Part shown: positions 1-9,136 of the stretch, piece by piece
Layout: each line of letters opens with the position of its first letter
How positions within the stretch are numbered: position 1 is the first letter of the stretch
Assembly (NCBI GenBank): GCA_041611735.1
Contig: JBFIML010000024.1
Span: 1 to 63,738, forward strand
Length of the DNA: 63,738 nucleotides
Reading direction: 5' to 3'
DNA from: Myxococcota bacterium
GTDB taxonomy: Bacteria > Myxococcota_A > UBA9160 > PR03
Position numbers and translations under genes: made by a program
The notes under the pieces: model-generated
What the model was told of the DNA's origin: nothing
What the model saw: only the letters and a program-made list of their open reading frames with translations
The model's database searches: none

Positions 1-815
1 AGCTCGCGCCGGATCGCCTCCAGCTGCTGACGCAGCAGGTAGTCCCGCTGCGTCTTGCCCATCTCGCTCTGGACCTTCTCCTTGATCTCGGTTTCGATCC
101 GGAGCGCCTGACGGGCCCGCTCCAGCTCACCCAGGACGAGTTTGAGGCGCGCCACCAGATCCGTCTCTTCGAGCAGCCTCTGCCTGCTCGCCACGTCCAG
201 GTCGAGGTTGAAGGCGACCAGGTCCGACAGCTTGGACGGATCGTCCAGGTTGGCGGCCAGCACCTGCAGCTCGTCGGAGAGCCGTGAACTCTCCCCCACC
301 AACGAGCCGAACAGCTGCGCCACGTTGCGCTGCAGCGCCGCGACCTCCACCGAGTCCGGGTCGCCGGTCTCCTCGAGACGTCGCACGCGCGCCTGGAGGA
401 AGGCGCGTCCCGGCTCGAAATCCTCGATGCCAGCGCGCGCCACGCCCTGCACCAGCAGCCGATACGAATCATCGGGGAACTTGAGCATGCGCACGATGCG
501 CAGCACCGTCCCCACCCGGTACACGTTGTCCGGCCCCGGGCTGCCCTCCACCTGTCCGCGCACCGCCGTGGCCAGCAGCAGGCGATCCGGCGTGACCAGC
601 ACGTGATCGATCAGGCGCTTGGAGCGGGCCGTGTTGACCAGCAGCGGCGAGACCAGGAACGGAAACAGGACCGTGTTCTTGAGCGGAAGCACGGGCAGGA
701 CCGCAGGAATCTCGGCGCGCGGCTCTCCTTCGCCGCGGCCGGAACCGACCTCGACCTCCGCCGCTGCGCGGCTGCGCCCGGGCTCCGGCTCGATCGGTTT
801 GCGTTCGTCGCTCAT
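1..815 (-). CDS. lon: ATP-dependent Lon protease, N-terminal part (runs off the window edge)
   Basis: Manual translation MSDERKP...LPVLPLKNTVLFP...VGTVLRIVRMLK...LLVQG...EIKEKVQSEMGKTQRDYLLRQQLEAIRREL matches the Lon N-domain and coiled coil; absent from the ORF track because there is no stop in the window. Confidence 0.93.
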   Translation of the reverse strand, partial: MSDERKPIEPEPGRSRAAAEVEVGSGRGEGEPRAEIPAVLPVLPLKNTVLFPFLVSPLLVNTARSKRLIDHVLVTPDRLLLATAVRGQVEGSPGPDNVYRVGTVLRIVRMLKFPDDSYRLLVQGVARAGIEDFEPGRAFLQARVRRLEETGDPDSVEVAALQRNVAQLFGSLVGESSRLSDELQVLAANLDDPSKLSDLVAFNLDLDVASRQRLLEETDLVARLKLVLGELERARQALRIETEIKEKVQSEMGKTQRDYLLRQQLEAIRRE

Positions 816-850
816 GACGATCCCGCACCGCGTAGGTCCCCCCGCGGCGC

Positions 851-1246
851 TCAGCGGTCGATCTCGACGTGGCGGCGCGCAGGGAGCCGCTTGGGCAGGA
901 TGACCCGCAGGAACCCTTCCTCGAGGTGGGCCGCGACCTGGTCGCGCTCGAAGGGAATCGTGATGCGCACGACCCGCTCGAAGGGGCCGCAGGGGATCTC
1001 CATCTGGTGCAGGCGCTGGACGTCCGCCTCCGGGCGCGGCTTGCGCACCCCCTGGATGCGCAGCAGCTCCCCGTCCACGGTGACGCGGAGGTCGGTGCTG
1101 CGCACGCCGGCCAGCTCCGCGCGCACGACGATGGCCTTCTCCGTCTCGTAGACGTCGACGGCCGGCTGCCACCTGTCGCCGCGCAGCGGCTCCGAGAACT
1201 CCCCGAACCACTCCGCGAACGGATCGCGTCGTCTTCCCGATTCCAC
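851..1246 (-). CDS. Hsp20/alpha-crystallin small heat shock protein
   Basis: WQPAVDVYETEKAIVVRAELAGV...GPFERVVRI...EEGFLRVILPK; GTG start at 1246 with AGGGG upstream. Confidence 0.9.
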   Translation of the reverse strand: MESGRRRDPFAEWFGEFSEPLRGDRWQPAVDVYETEKAIVVRAELAGVRSTDLRVTVDGELLRIQGVRKPRPEADVQRLHQMEIPCGPFERVVRITIPFERDQVAAHLEEGFLRVILPKRLPARRHVEIDR

Positions 1247-1260
1247 GTCCCCTGGGGAGC

Positions 1261-3171
1261 CTAGGCGTCCCCTTTCTCCTCCGTGTACTCGGCGTCGATC
1301 ACGTCGCCGTCCTGCTTGCTGCCAGCGGCCTGCGCCTCGGGCCCGGAGCCCGCGTCCGGCTGTCCCGGCTGACGGTACAGCACCTCCGCAACCCGGTGAA
1401 GCTCCTGCTCCACGCGTTTTCGGGCCGCATCGATGCGGCCCGCATCGTCGCTCTCCAGATCCTTCTTCGCCTCGGCCAGCTCCTCCTGCACGCGCTTGCG
1501 ATCCGCCTCGTCGAGCTTGTCGCCCTGCTCCCGCAGCGTCTTCTCCGCCCCGTAGATCATCGAGTCGAGCTGGTTCTTCTGCTCGATCCGCTCCCGCCAG
1601 GCGCGATCTTCGTCGGCGTGGGTTTCCGCGTCCTTCATCATGCCATCGATCTCGCTGCGCGAGAGGCCTCCGCTGCCCTCGATCCGGATCGACTGCTCCT
1701 TGCCGGTGGCTCGGTCCTTGGCGGACACCGCCAGGATGCCGTTCGCGTCGATGTCGAAGGTGACCTCGATCTGCGGCACGCCGCGCGGCGCCGTGGGGAT
1801 CCCATCCAGGATGAAGCGACCGAGTTCCCGATTGTCCGCCGCCGTCTCCCGCTCGCCCTGGAGCACCCGGATCTCGACCTGGGGTTGGTTGTCGCTGGCG
1901 GTCGAGAAGGTCTGGCTGCGCCGGGTGGGAATCGTCGTGTTGCGCTCGATCAGCCGGGTCATGACGCCGCCCAGGGTCTCGATACCGAGTGAGAGGGGGG
2001 TCACGTCGAGCAGCAGGACGTCGCGCACCTCCCCGGTCAGCACGCCCGCCTGCACGGCGGCGCCCACGGCCACCACCTCGTCCGGGTTCACGCCCTTGTG
2101 CGGCTCCTTGCCGAAGAAATCGGTCACCCGCTTCTGCACGAGCGGCATGCGGGTCGAGCCGCCCACCAGGATCACCTCGTCGATGTCCGAAGGCGAGACG
2201 CCGGCGTCCGCGAGCGCCTGCTTGCACGGACCGAGCGTACGCTCCACCAGGTCCTCGACCAGCTGCTCGAGCTTGGCCCGCGTCAGCTTCAGGTTCATGT
2301 GCTTCGGGCCGGACTGGTCCGCCGTGATGAAGGGCAGGTTGATGTCCGTGGTCTGCGCGCTCGAGAGCTCGATCTTGGCCTTCTCGGCCGCCTCGCGCAG
2401 GCGCTGCATGGCCATCGGATCCCGGGACAAGTCGATGCCCTGGTCCTTCTTGAACTCGGCGACCAGGTACTCGATCACCCGCTGGTCCAGGTTGTCGCCG
2501 CCCAGATGGGTGTCGCCATTGGTGGCCTTCACCTCGACTACGTTCTCGCCCACCTCCAGGATGGAGATGTCGAAGGTGCCACCGCCGAAGTCGTAGACGG
2601 CGATCTTCTCGTCCTTCTGCTTGTCGAGCCCGTAGGCCAGCGCCGCCGCGGTGGGCTCGTTGATGATGCGTTTCACCTCGAGACCGGCGATGGTGCCGGC
2701 GTCCTTGGTGGCCTGCCGCTGCGCATCGTTGAAGTAGGCCGGCACCGTGATGACGGCGGCCTTGACCTCGCCGCCCAGGTGGGCCTCCGCGGCACGCTTG
2801 AGCTTCTGGAGGATCAACGCCGAGATCTCGGGCGGCGTCCAGGTCTTGTCGTCCACCTTGACCGAGGCGCGCGCCTCCTTGCCCTCGACCACGTCGTAGG
2901 GAACCAGCCGGATCTCCTCGGGGACCTCGGCCACGCGGCGGCCCATGAAGCGCTTGATCGAGTAGATGGTGCGCTTCGGGTTGGTCACCGCCTGGCGCCT
3001 GGCGGGCGCGCCCACCAGCCGCTGGTCGTCGTCCGTGAAGGCCACCACGGAGGGTGTGGTCCGGCTGCCCTCCTCGTTGGGGATCACCACGGGCTGGCCG
3101 CCCTCCATCACCGCCACCACCGAGTTCGTGGTGCCGAGGTCGATGCCGATCACCTTGCCCGAAGCCGCCAT
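1261..3171 (-). CDS. dnaK: Chaperone DnaK (Hsp70)
   Basis: [34 protein letters not shown] motifs; C-terminal DAEYTE. Confidence 0.99.
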   Translation of the reverse strand: MAASGKVIGIDLGTTNSVVAVMEGGQPVVIPNEEGSRTTPSVVAFTDDDQRLVGAPARRQAVTNPKRTIYSIKRFMGRRVAEVPEEIRLVPYDVVEGKEARASVKVDDKTWTPPEISALILQKLKRAAEAHLGGEVKAAVITVPAYFNDAQRQATKDAGTIAGLEVKRIINEPTAAALAYGLDKQKDEKIAVYDFGGGTFDISILEVGENVVEVKATNGDTHLGGDNLDQRVIEYLVAEFKKDQGIDLSRDPMAMQRLREAAEKAKIELSSAQTTDINLPFITADQSGPKHMNLKLTRAKLEQLVEDLVERTLGPCKQALADAGVSPSDIDEVILVGGSTRMPLVQKRVTDFFGKEPHKGVNPDEVVAVGAAVQAGVLTGEVRDVLLLDVTPLSLGIETLGGVMTRLIERNTTIPTRRSQTFSTASDNQPQVEIRVLQGERETAADNRELGRFILDGIPTAPRGVPQIEVTFDIDANGILAVSAKDRATGKEQSIRIEGSGGLSRSEIDGMMKDAETHADEDRAWRERIEQKNQLDSMIYGAEKTLREQGDKLDEADRKRVQEELAEAKKDLESDDAGRIDAARKRVEQELHRVAEVLYRQPGQPDAGSGPEAQAAGSKQDGDVIDAEYTEEKGDA

Positions 3172-3212
3172 GGATGCCTCCCGCGGCGCCGCCGGGGCGC
3201 CAGACGGGCGAA

Positions 3213-3239
3213 ACTTGGGGCCCGAGGGCCTTGTGTCAA
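3213..3239 (-). promoter_or_regulatory. Putative heat-shock promoter of dnaK (sigma32-like TTGACA-N13-CCCCAAGT)
   Basis: Minus strand reads ATTGACA caaggccctcggg CCCCAAGT about 40 nt upstream of the dnaK ATG. Confidence 0.5.
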
Positions 3240-3277
3240 TGCCCGAAGCGGGAAAAGGCCGCGTGGGGGCGGGGGAA

Positions 3278-3715
3278 TCAGCCGCGGTGCAGGTCCAGGG
3301 GGCGGCGCGCCCGCACCCGCACCTCGCGCGCCTGCTCCACGAGCCGGTCTCCGGCCGTCCAGACGCGCCCGAAGACCTCGACCCGCAGCACGTTCTCGCC
3401 GTCCAGAAGCCCGTAGAGCCGGCCCCAGGCTCCGTTCTCCCCGGTGGTCAGATCGTCGGTCACCTCGGCCCCGTTGAGAAGCGCCCGGAACGTCTCGCTG
3501 GCGGCCCGGCCGGGGGCGAAACGCACCAGCACCTCGAGGCCCTCGGGTCCCACGGTGGCACCCGCCAGGGGCGCCTCGACGCTGAGCAGCGAGGGACCTT
3601 CCGGCGGCAGCAGGGGCCCGCCGAAGGCCCAGGTGAGCAGCAGGACGCCGGCCAGCCACGGTGCGATCCGGAAGCGCCGGAGGCGCGACCTATCCAGACG
3701 AAGGACGCTCGGCAT
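3278..3715 (-). CDS. Hypothetical membrane-anchored or exported protein with a beta-rich, Ig-like region
   Basis: Basic N-terminus plus hydrophobic stretch, then LNGAEVTD...[13 protein letters not shown]; fills the intergenic space. Confidence 0.7.
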   Translation of the reverse strand: MPSVLRLDRSRLRRFRIAPWLAGVLLLTWAFGGPLLPPEGPSLLSVEAPLAGATVGPEGLEVLVRFAPGRAASETFRALLNGAEVTDDLTTGENGAWGRLYGLLDGENVLRVEVFGRVWTAGDRLVEQAREVRVRARRPLDLHRG

Positions 3716-3859
3716 GGGTCCGGCTGTCCGCTTCTCCCCGAGGGGATCTCGGCCTCGATGTGACCAGCGTAACCCAGCCGGCCCACCCGCTGCGCCGAAG
3801 TCCGGCCCGGAGGGAGTAAGGCCTCGGAATCCCGAGGGATCCCCTTGGGCCAGGCCGCA

Positions 3860-3881
3860 CTGCCGAGGTTATACTCGGCAG
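3860..3881. promoter_or_regulatory. -10 box TATACT (3870-3875) overlapped by a perfect 8-bp inverted repeat CTGCCGAG-N6-CTCGGCAG upstream of gspC
   Basis: Read directly from sequence. Confidence 0.5.
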
Positions 3882-3922
3882 GCTCTGGCCACCGCGAGGG
3901 CCCTTGGAGAAGAGATGGCCGC

Positions 3923-4828
3923 ATGAGTCGATTCGGGATCTGGATCGCGAACGGGATTCTGTTCGCGCTGTGCTGCTTCCTCGTTGCGAGCATCGTGAAC
4001 GACGTGGTGGCGGAGTGGCTCGAGGAAGCGCCGGGGGCGCTGGCCTCCGCGCCGCCGCCTCCCGCCTCGCCGCCGCGCAGCTGGCAGGATCGCCAGGTCA
4101 TCCTGACCCGCAACCTGTTCAACGTCTCCACCCTGGCGCCGGCGGCCCCGAGCGCGCCCGAGGAGGAGGAGCTCGAGGCCACCAAGCTTCCGGTCGAGCT
4201 GCGCGGCACGGTGGCCTCGGAGAACCCGGCCCTCGCCTGGGCCGCCGTGGAGGACACCCAGAACCGGCGCAACCTGGTGGTGCGCGTGAACGACCGCCTG
4301 CTGGATCGGGCGACCGTCGTGCGCATCGAGCGCCGCCGCATCGTGCTCGACAACTCCGGGCGCCGCGAGGAGCTGGCCCTGGCCGAGGGCGACGCGCCGG
4401 CGGCTTCGACCACCCGGGCGCCCCGGACTTCGAATCGCCTGGCCCGCGTCGAACAACGTCGGGAGGAGGTCGCGCGCCTGGCCCGGGTGCGCCAGCTGGC
4501 CGAAGACCGCTTCGCGGTTCCCCGCAGCGACGTGGAGCAGGCCGCGCGCAACCCGGCCCAGCTGTTCTCCCAGGCCCGCATCCTGCCGAAGTACGAGAGC
4601 GGGCAGATGGTCGGGGTGCAGCTCAATTCCATCAAGCCGGGCAGCCTGTTCGAGCAGATCGGACTGCAGGAGGGAGACACGATCACGGAGCTGAACGGCA
4701 TCGCCGTCACGAGCCCGCAGGAGAGCGCCAGCCTGCTGCGGGAGCTCACCGAGGCGGATCGGTTCACGGTGATCGTCACCGGCCCCAACGGCCAGGAGCG
4801 GACGCTCAACTACGAGATCGGCGAGTAG
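3923..4828 (+). CDS. gspC: T2SS protein GspC with PDZ domain
   Basis: N-terminal TM, HR domain (LRGTV...AAVED...IERRRIVLDNSGRREEL), PDZ (IKPGSLFEQIGLQEGDTITELNG); first gene of the gsp cluster. Confidence 0.92.
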   Translation: MSRFGIWIANGILFALCCFLVASIVNDVVAEWLEEAPGALASAPPPPASPPRSWQDRQVILTRNLFNVSTLAPAAPSAPEEEELEATKLPVELRGTVASENPALAWAAVEDTQNRRNLVVRVNDRLLDRATVVRIERRRIVLDNSGRREELALAEGDAPAASTTRAPRTSNRLARVEQRREEVARLARVRQLAEDRFAVPRSDVEQAARNPAQLFSQARILPKYESGQMVGVQLNSIKPGSLFEQIGLQEGDTITELNGIAVTSPQESASLLRELTEADRFTVIVTGPNGQERTLNYEIGE

Positions 4829-4867
4829 CGGGACCCCGGAAACCACGCTGCGGAGAGGAGCGCAAAG

Positions 4868-7387
4868 GTGAGCGGAGGATGGCGAAATCGGGGAGCCGGT
4901 GCGCTCCTGGCGCTCGGCCTCGTGTCGGCGGCGCTCGCGCAGGCCCAGGTGCCCGCGCGCGCGCCCGAGCCGGCAGCGGAGCCCGCCGAGAAGGACGAGC
5001 GGGTCCAGCTCGATTTCGACGACGTGGAGCTCTCGGTGGTGATCGACACCATCGCCCGCCTGACCGGCCGCAACTTCATCTACGACGACCGCGTGCGGGG
5101 CCGGGTCACCATCGTTTCGCCGACCCGCGTCACCGTGGATCAGGCCTACGCGGTGTTCGAGTCCGTCCTGCAGGTGAAAGGCTTCACCACCGTCGCCGCG
5201 CCGGGCGGCGCCGTCAAGATCATCCCGGTACGGGACGCCAAGCAGTCGAACGTCGAAACCTCGCTGGGGCGGCGTCCGACGCCGCGCAGCGATCGCTACG
5301 TGACCCGGCTCATCCCGCTGCGCTACATCGACGCCGACGCGATCACGAACACGCTGAAGCCGCTCGTCTCCAACGACGCCTCCATGGTGGCCTACCCGCC
5401 CACCAACACCGTGATCCTGACCGACGCGGCCACCAACATCCGCCGTCTGCTCTCCATCCTCGAGGCGATCGACGTCGAGAGCTACAAGGAGGAGCTCGCC
5501 GTCCTCCGGCTGCGGTACGCGGACGCGGCGACCCTGGCGGCGCAGCTCTCCGAGGTGTTCGGCGGCGACGTGGCCACCGCGGGCCAGATGCCACCTCGCG
5601 TGCCGCGGGCGCGGCGGGCGCCCGTGCCCACGGTCGGCGACACCGGTGGGCGCGGCCAGCCTCGCATCATCACGGACGACCGCACCAACGCGCTGATCGT
5701 GCTGGCCTCGCGGGCGCAGATGGAGGACATCCGCCAGTTCGTCCGCACCATCGACGTGCCCCTGGAGGGCGGCGGACGCATCCAGGTCTACTACCTGAAG
5801 CACGCCGACGCCGAGGAGCTCTCCCAGACCCTGACCGCCCTGATCTCCGGCCAGCCGGCCCCGGCCGTGGGGCAGGGCCCCGGCGCCCAGCCCCAGGTGC
5901 TGCGGGCCGCGCTGACGGAGCTGGCCGGGGGAGTGACCGTGACCGCCGACCCCGGCACGAACTCGCTGGTGATCCAGGCCAGCCCCGAGGGCTTCGCCTC
6001 GCTGGTGGCGGTCATCGAGCAGCTCGACATCGCGCGCCCCCAGGTGCTGGTCGAAGCCCTGATCATGGAGGTGGACGTCACCGACAACGAGGATCTCGGC
6101 TTCAACGGGCTGCTGCGGGTGGTGCGCGGCAACACGGACATCACGCTCGCGACGGCCACGGATACCGCTGCACTCACCACCGCGGGCAGCCTCCTGGCCC
6201 CCGGGTCGCCCTTGCCGGGGAGCTTCCTCGGGAACCTCCTGCAGCGGACCTTCGACGTGGACGCCAACGGCAACCCCACGTCGAACGGAACGCTGGTCCA
6301 GGGGCTGATCCGGGCCGCGGCCACCGACAACCGCACCAACATCCTCTCGGCCCCCCACATCCTCACCTCCGACAACGAGGAGGCGGAGATCCTGGTGGGC
6401 AACAACATCCCCATCATCACGAGCCGGGTGCAGGCGGCCACGGGCCAGGAGATCCAGAACCAGGCGGCACTCTCCACGTCGGTGAACGTCGAGCGCCAGG
6501 ACATCGGCATCACCCTGCGCGTCACGCCCCAGATCACCGAGGGCGATAGCCTGCGCCTCAAGATCTTCCAGGAGCTGACGGCGATCAACGACGCCCTGAC
6601 CGGCGCCGACGGGGTCGGCAACGCCCAGGAGGTCGGCGTCGCGCTCATCAACCGCCGCATCGAGAACACCGTGGTGGTGGCCGACGAGGAGACGGTGGTG
6701 ATCGGCGGCCTGATCAGCGAGCAATACGACGACAACGAGAGCAAGGTGCCCTGGCTGGGCGACGTGCCGATCCTCGGCTGGCTGTTCAAGACGCACTCCC
6801 GCAAGCTCACCAAGCAGAACCTGCTCATCTTCCTGACCCCCCACATCGTGCGCACCCCGGACCACCTGGAGGCGGAGACGATCCGCAAGCGGGAGGAGTT
6901 CCGGCTGCGCACGATCGGCAAGTACGACCCGCAGCAGGAGGAGAAGCGGCTCCAGACGGTGCTCGGCGACACGCGTCGCCACTGGGGGCTGCTCGGAACG
7001 CCCACCGACAACCCCGACGCGACGGACGAGGTCGTCCGCGAGCACGAACGACGCTACCCCCTGGAGCGGATGCGGGAGATCGAGCAGCTCAAGCAGGACG
7101 AGAAGAAGCGCCTGCAGGAGCTCGCGCCGCAGGAGGCTGCCACGCGCTGGGGCGTGCTCGCCGCCGTGTTCCGCGATTCCGGAGCGGCCCAGACCCTGCT
7201 GACGCAGCTGATCGACGCGGGCTACGAGGGCAGCCTCGTGTCCGGGGAGGCGGACGGCGGCGCGGTGCTGTTCGAGCTGCGCGTGGGCCCCTACGAGACG
7301 CTGCGGGCCGCCGAGCAGGCGGCCACGACCCTGCGCGACGCCTACGACCTGAGTCCCCGCGTGATGCTCGAGGAAGGGGCGCCGTGA
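4868..7387 (+). CDS. gspD: T2SS secretin GspD with an extra C-terminal SPOR-like domain
   Basis: Signal peptide, N0 (LDFDDVEL...GRNFIYDDRVRGRVTIVSP), N1-N3 repeats, secretin core (QVLVEALIMEV, KVPWLGDVPILGWLF, NLLIFLTPHIV). Confidence 0.97.
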   Translation: MSGGWRNRGAGALLALGLVSAALAQAQVPARAPEPAAEPAEKDERVQLDFDDVELSVVIDTIARLTGRNFIYDDRVRGRVTIVSPTRVTVDQAYAVFESVLQVKGFTTVAAPGGAVKIIPVRDAKQSNVETSLGRRPTPRSDRYVTRLIPLRYIDADAITNTLKPLVSNDASMVAYPPTNTVILTDAATNIRRLLSILEAIDVESYKEELAVLRLRYADAATLAAQLSEVFGGDVATAGQMPPRVPRARRAPVPTVGDTGGRGQPRIITDDRTNALIVLASRAQMEDIRQFVRTIDVPLEGGGRIQVYYLKHADAEELSQTLTALISGQPAPAVGQGPGAQPQVLRAALTELAGGVTVTADPGTNSLVIQASPEGFASLVAVIEQLDIARPQVLVEALIMEVDVTDNEDLGFNGLLRVVRGNTDITLATATDTAALTTAGSLLAPGSPLPGSFLGNLLQRTFDVDANGNPTSNGTLVQGLIRAAATDNRTNILSAPHILTSDNEEAEILVGNNIPIITSRVQAATGQEIQNQAALSTSVNVERQDIGITLRVTPQITEGDSLRLKIFQELTAINDALTGADGVGNAQEVGVALINRRIENTVVVADEETVVIGGLISEQYDDNESKVPWLGDVPILGWLFKTHSRKLTKQNLLIFLTPHIVRTPDHLEAETIRKREEFRLRTIGKYDPQQEEKRLQTVLGDTRRHWGLLGTPTDNPDATDEVVREHERRYPLERMREIEQLKQDEKKRLQELAPQEAATRWGVLAAVFRDSGAAQTLLTQLIDAGYEGSLVSGEADGGAVLFELRVGPYETLRAAEQAATTLRDAYDLSPRVMLEEGAP

Positions 7388-9123
7388 GCTCGACCCCCAG
7401 CGTCGAGCCGGGCTCCCCTGCCGAGATCCTGCGCCGCGCCGCACGCCTGGCACCCGAGCAGCTCGACGAGGCGCGGCGTCGCGCCGCGGACACCGGCCGC
7501 TCGCTGGTCGACGTCCTGATCGAGCAGGAGCCGGGGGCCGAGGACGAGATCCTGGCGGCCCTGGGCCAGGAGATGGGGCTCCTGGTGCGCTCCACGATCC
7601 GTGCCGACGAGGTGGACGAAGCCCTGGTGGGCAGGGTCCCGATCGGCTTCGCCAAGACCCACGGTCTGCTGCCGTTGCGTCGCGACCCGGGCGGCACGAT
7701 CCGGGTGGCGATGTCCGACCCCTTCGCGACGGCTCCCCTCGACGACCTGCGCCTGCTCTTCGAAGGCCAGGACGTGGAGCCCGAGCTGGCCAGCCGCCGC
7801 ACGATCTTGGCCACCATCAACCAGGTCTACGACCGGGGCCCGAGCTCCGCCGAGGAGCTCGCCGAGGACGCCGCCGAGGACCTGGACGCCCTGGCCAGCG
7901 AGATCAGCCAGGAGCCCGAGGATCTACTCGACGCGGCCGACGAGGCCCCGATCATCCGGCTCGTGAACTCCCTGCTCCAGCAGGCGGTGAAGGAGCGCGC
8001 CAGCGACGTCCACCTGGAGCCCTTCGAGAAGGAGGTCCGGGTCCGTCTGCGCATCGACGACGTGCTCTACGAGCCGATCAAGCCGCTGCCGCGGGCGTTG
8101 CAAGCGAGCATCGTGTCGCGGGTCAAGATCATGGGCGGGCTCAACATCGCCGAGAAGCGGCTGCCCCAGGATGGGCGCATCCGGCTCAAGATCGCGGGGC
8201 GCGACTACGACGTGCGGCTCTCCACCGTGCCGGTGTCCCACGGTGAGCGGGTGGTGATGCGGCTCCTGCCGCGCACCACCGAGATGCTCGACCTGGAGCG
8301 GCTCGGCTTCGACGAAAATCAGCTCTCGGTCATCGAGCGTCTGATCGCGCGGCCCAACGGCATCATCCTGGTGACCGGACCCACTGGAAGCGGAAAGACC
8401 ACCACCCTGTACGGCGCCCTCTCGCGCATCAATACGGCGGACAAGAACATCATTACGATCGAGGATCCGGTGGAGATCCAGCTGCCGGGCATCGGCCAGA
8501 TCGAGGTGGCCCCGAAGATCGGTCTCACCTTCGCCACGGGCCTGCGCTCGGTGCTGCGCCAGGATCCGAACGTGATCCTGGTCGGCGAGATCCGCGACCT
8601 GGAGACCGCCGAGATCGCCATCCAGGCCTCCCTCACGGGCCACCTGGTCTTCGCCACCCTGCACACGAACGACGCCCCGGGCGCCATCACGCGGATGGTG
8701 GACATGGGCGTCGAGCCCTTCCTGGTGGCCTCCTCGCTGGTGGCGGTACTGGCCCAGCGCCTGGTCCGGGTGCTGTGCCCGGACTGCAAGGAGCGCTACG
8801 AGGCCACGCCCGAGCAGCTGGCGGAGATCGGCCTCACCGCCGCGACCGGCACGACGCGGGTGTTCCGGGCGGTGGGCTGTCCGCGCTGCCACCACACGGG
8901 CTACCGGGGCCGCGTCGGTATCTTCGAGCTCATGCTGGTGAACGACGACATCCGGGGCATGGTGAGCCAGCACGTGGACGCCAAGACCATCAAGCGCATC
9001 GCGGTCCAGCACGGCATGACCGCACTGCGCGCCGACGGCGCCCGCAAGGTCGTGCGCGGCATCACCTCCATCGCCGAGGTGCTGCGCGTCACCGAGGAAG
9101 AAGGGGTGATGGCGGAGGCCTAG
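7384..9123 (+). CDS. gspE: T2SS ATPase GspE
   Basis: ASDVHLEP, RLPQDGR, Walker A GPTGSGKTT, EDPVE, LRQDPNVILVGEIRD, CxxC...CxxC. Confidence 0.97.
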   Translation: MSSTPSVEPGSPAEILRRAARLAPEQLDEARRRAADTGRSLVDVLIEQEPGAEDEILAALGQEMGLLVRSTIRADEVDEALVGRVPIGFAKTHGLLPLRRDPGGTIRVAMSDPFATAPLDDLRLLFEGQDVEPELASRRTILATINQVYDRGPSSAEELAEDAAEDLDALASEISQEPEDLLDAADEAPIIRLVNSLLQQAVKERASDVHLEPFEKEVRVRLRIDDVLYEPIKPLPRALQASIVSRVKIMGGLNIAEKRLPQDGRIRLKIAGRDYDVRLSTVPVSHGERVVMRLLPRTTEMLDLERLGFDENQLSVIERLIARPNGIILVTGPTGSGKTTTLYGALSRINTADKNIITIEDPVEIQLPGIGQIEVAPKIGLTFATGLRSVLRQDPNVILVGEIRDLETAEIAIQASLTGHLVFATLHTNDAPGAITRMVDMGVEPFLVASSLVAVLAQRLVRVLCPDCKERYEATPEQLAEIGLTAATGTTRVFRAVGCPRCHHTGYRGRVGIFELMLVNDDIRGMVSQHVDAKTIKRIAVQHGMTALRADGARKVVRGITSIAEVLRVTEEEGVMAEA

Positions 9124-9136
9124 GCGAAGCCGCGCC

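Noticed and set aside
3172-3277. CIRCE element upstream of dnaK
   Set aside because: No TTAGCACTC-N9-GAGTGCTAA present
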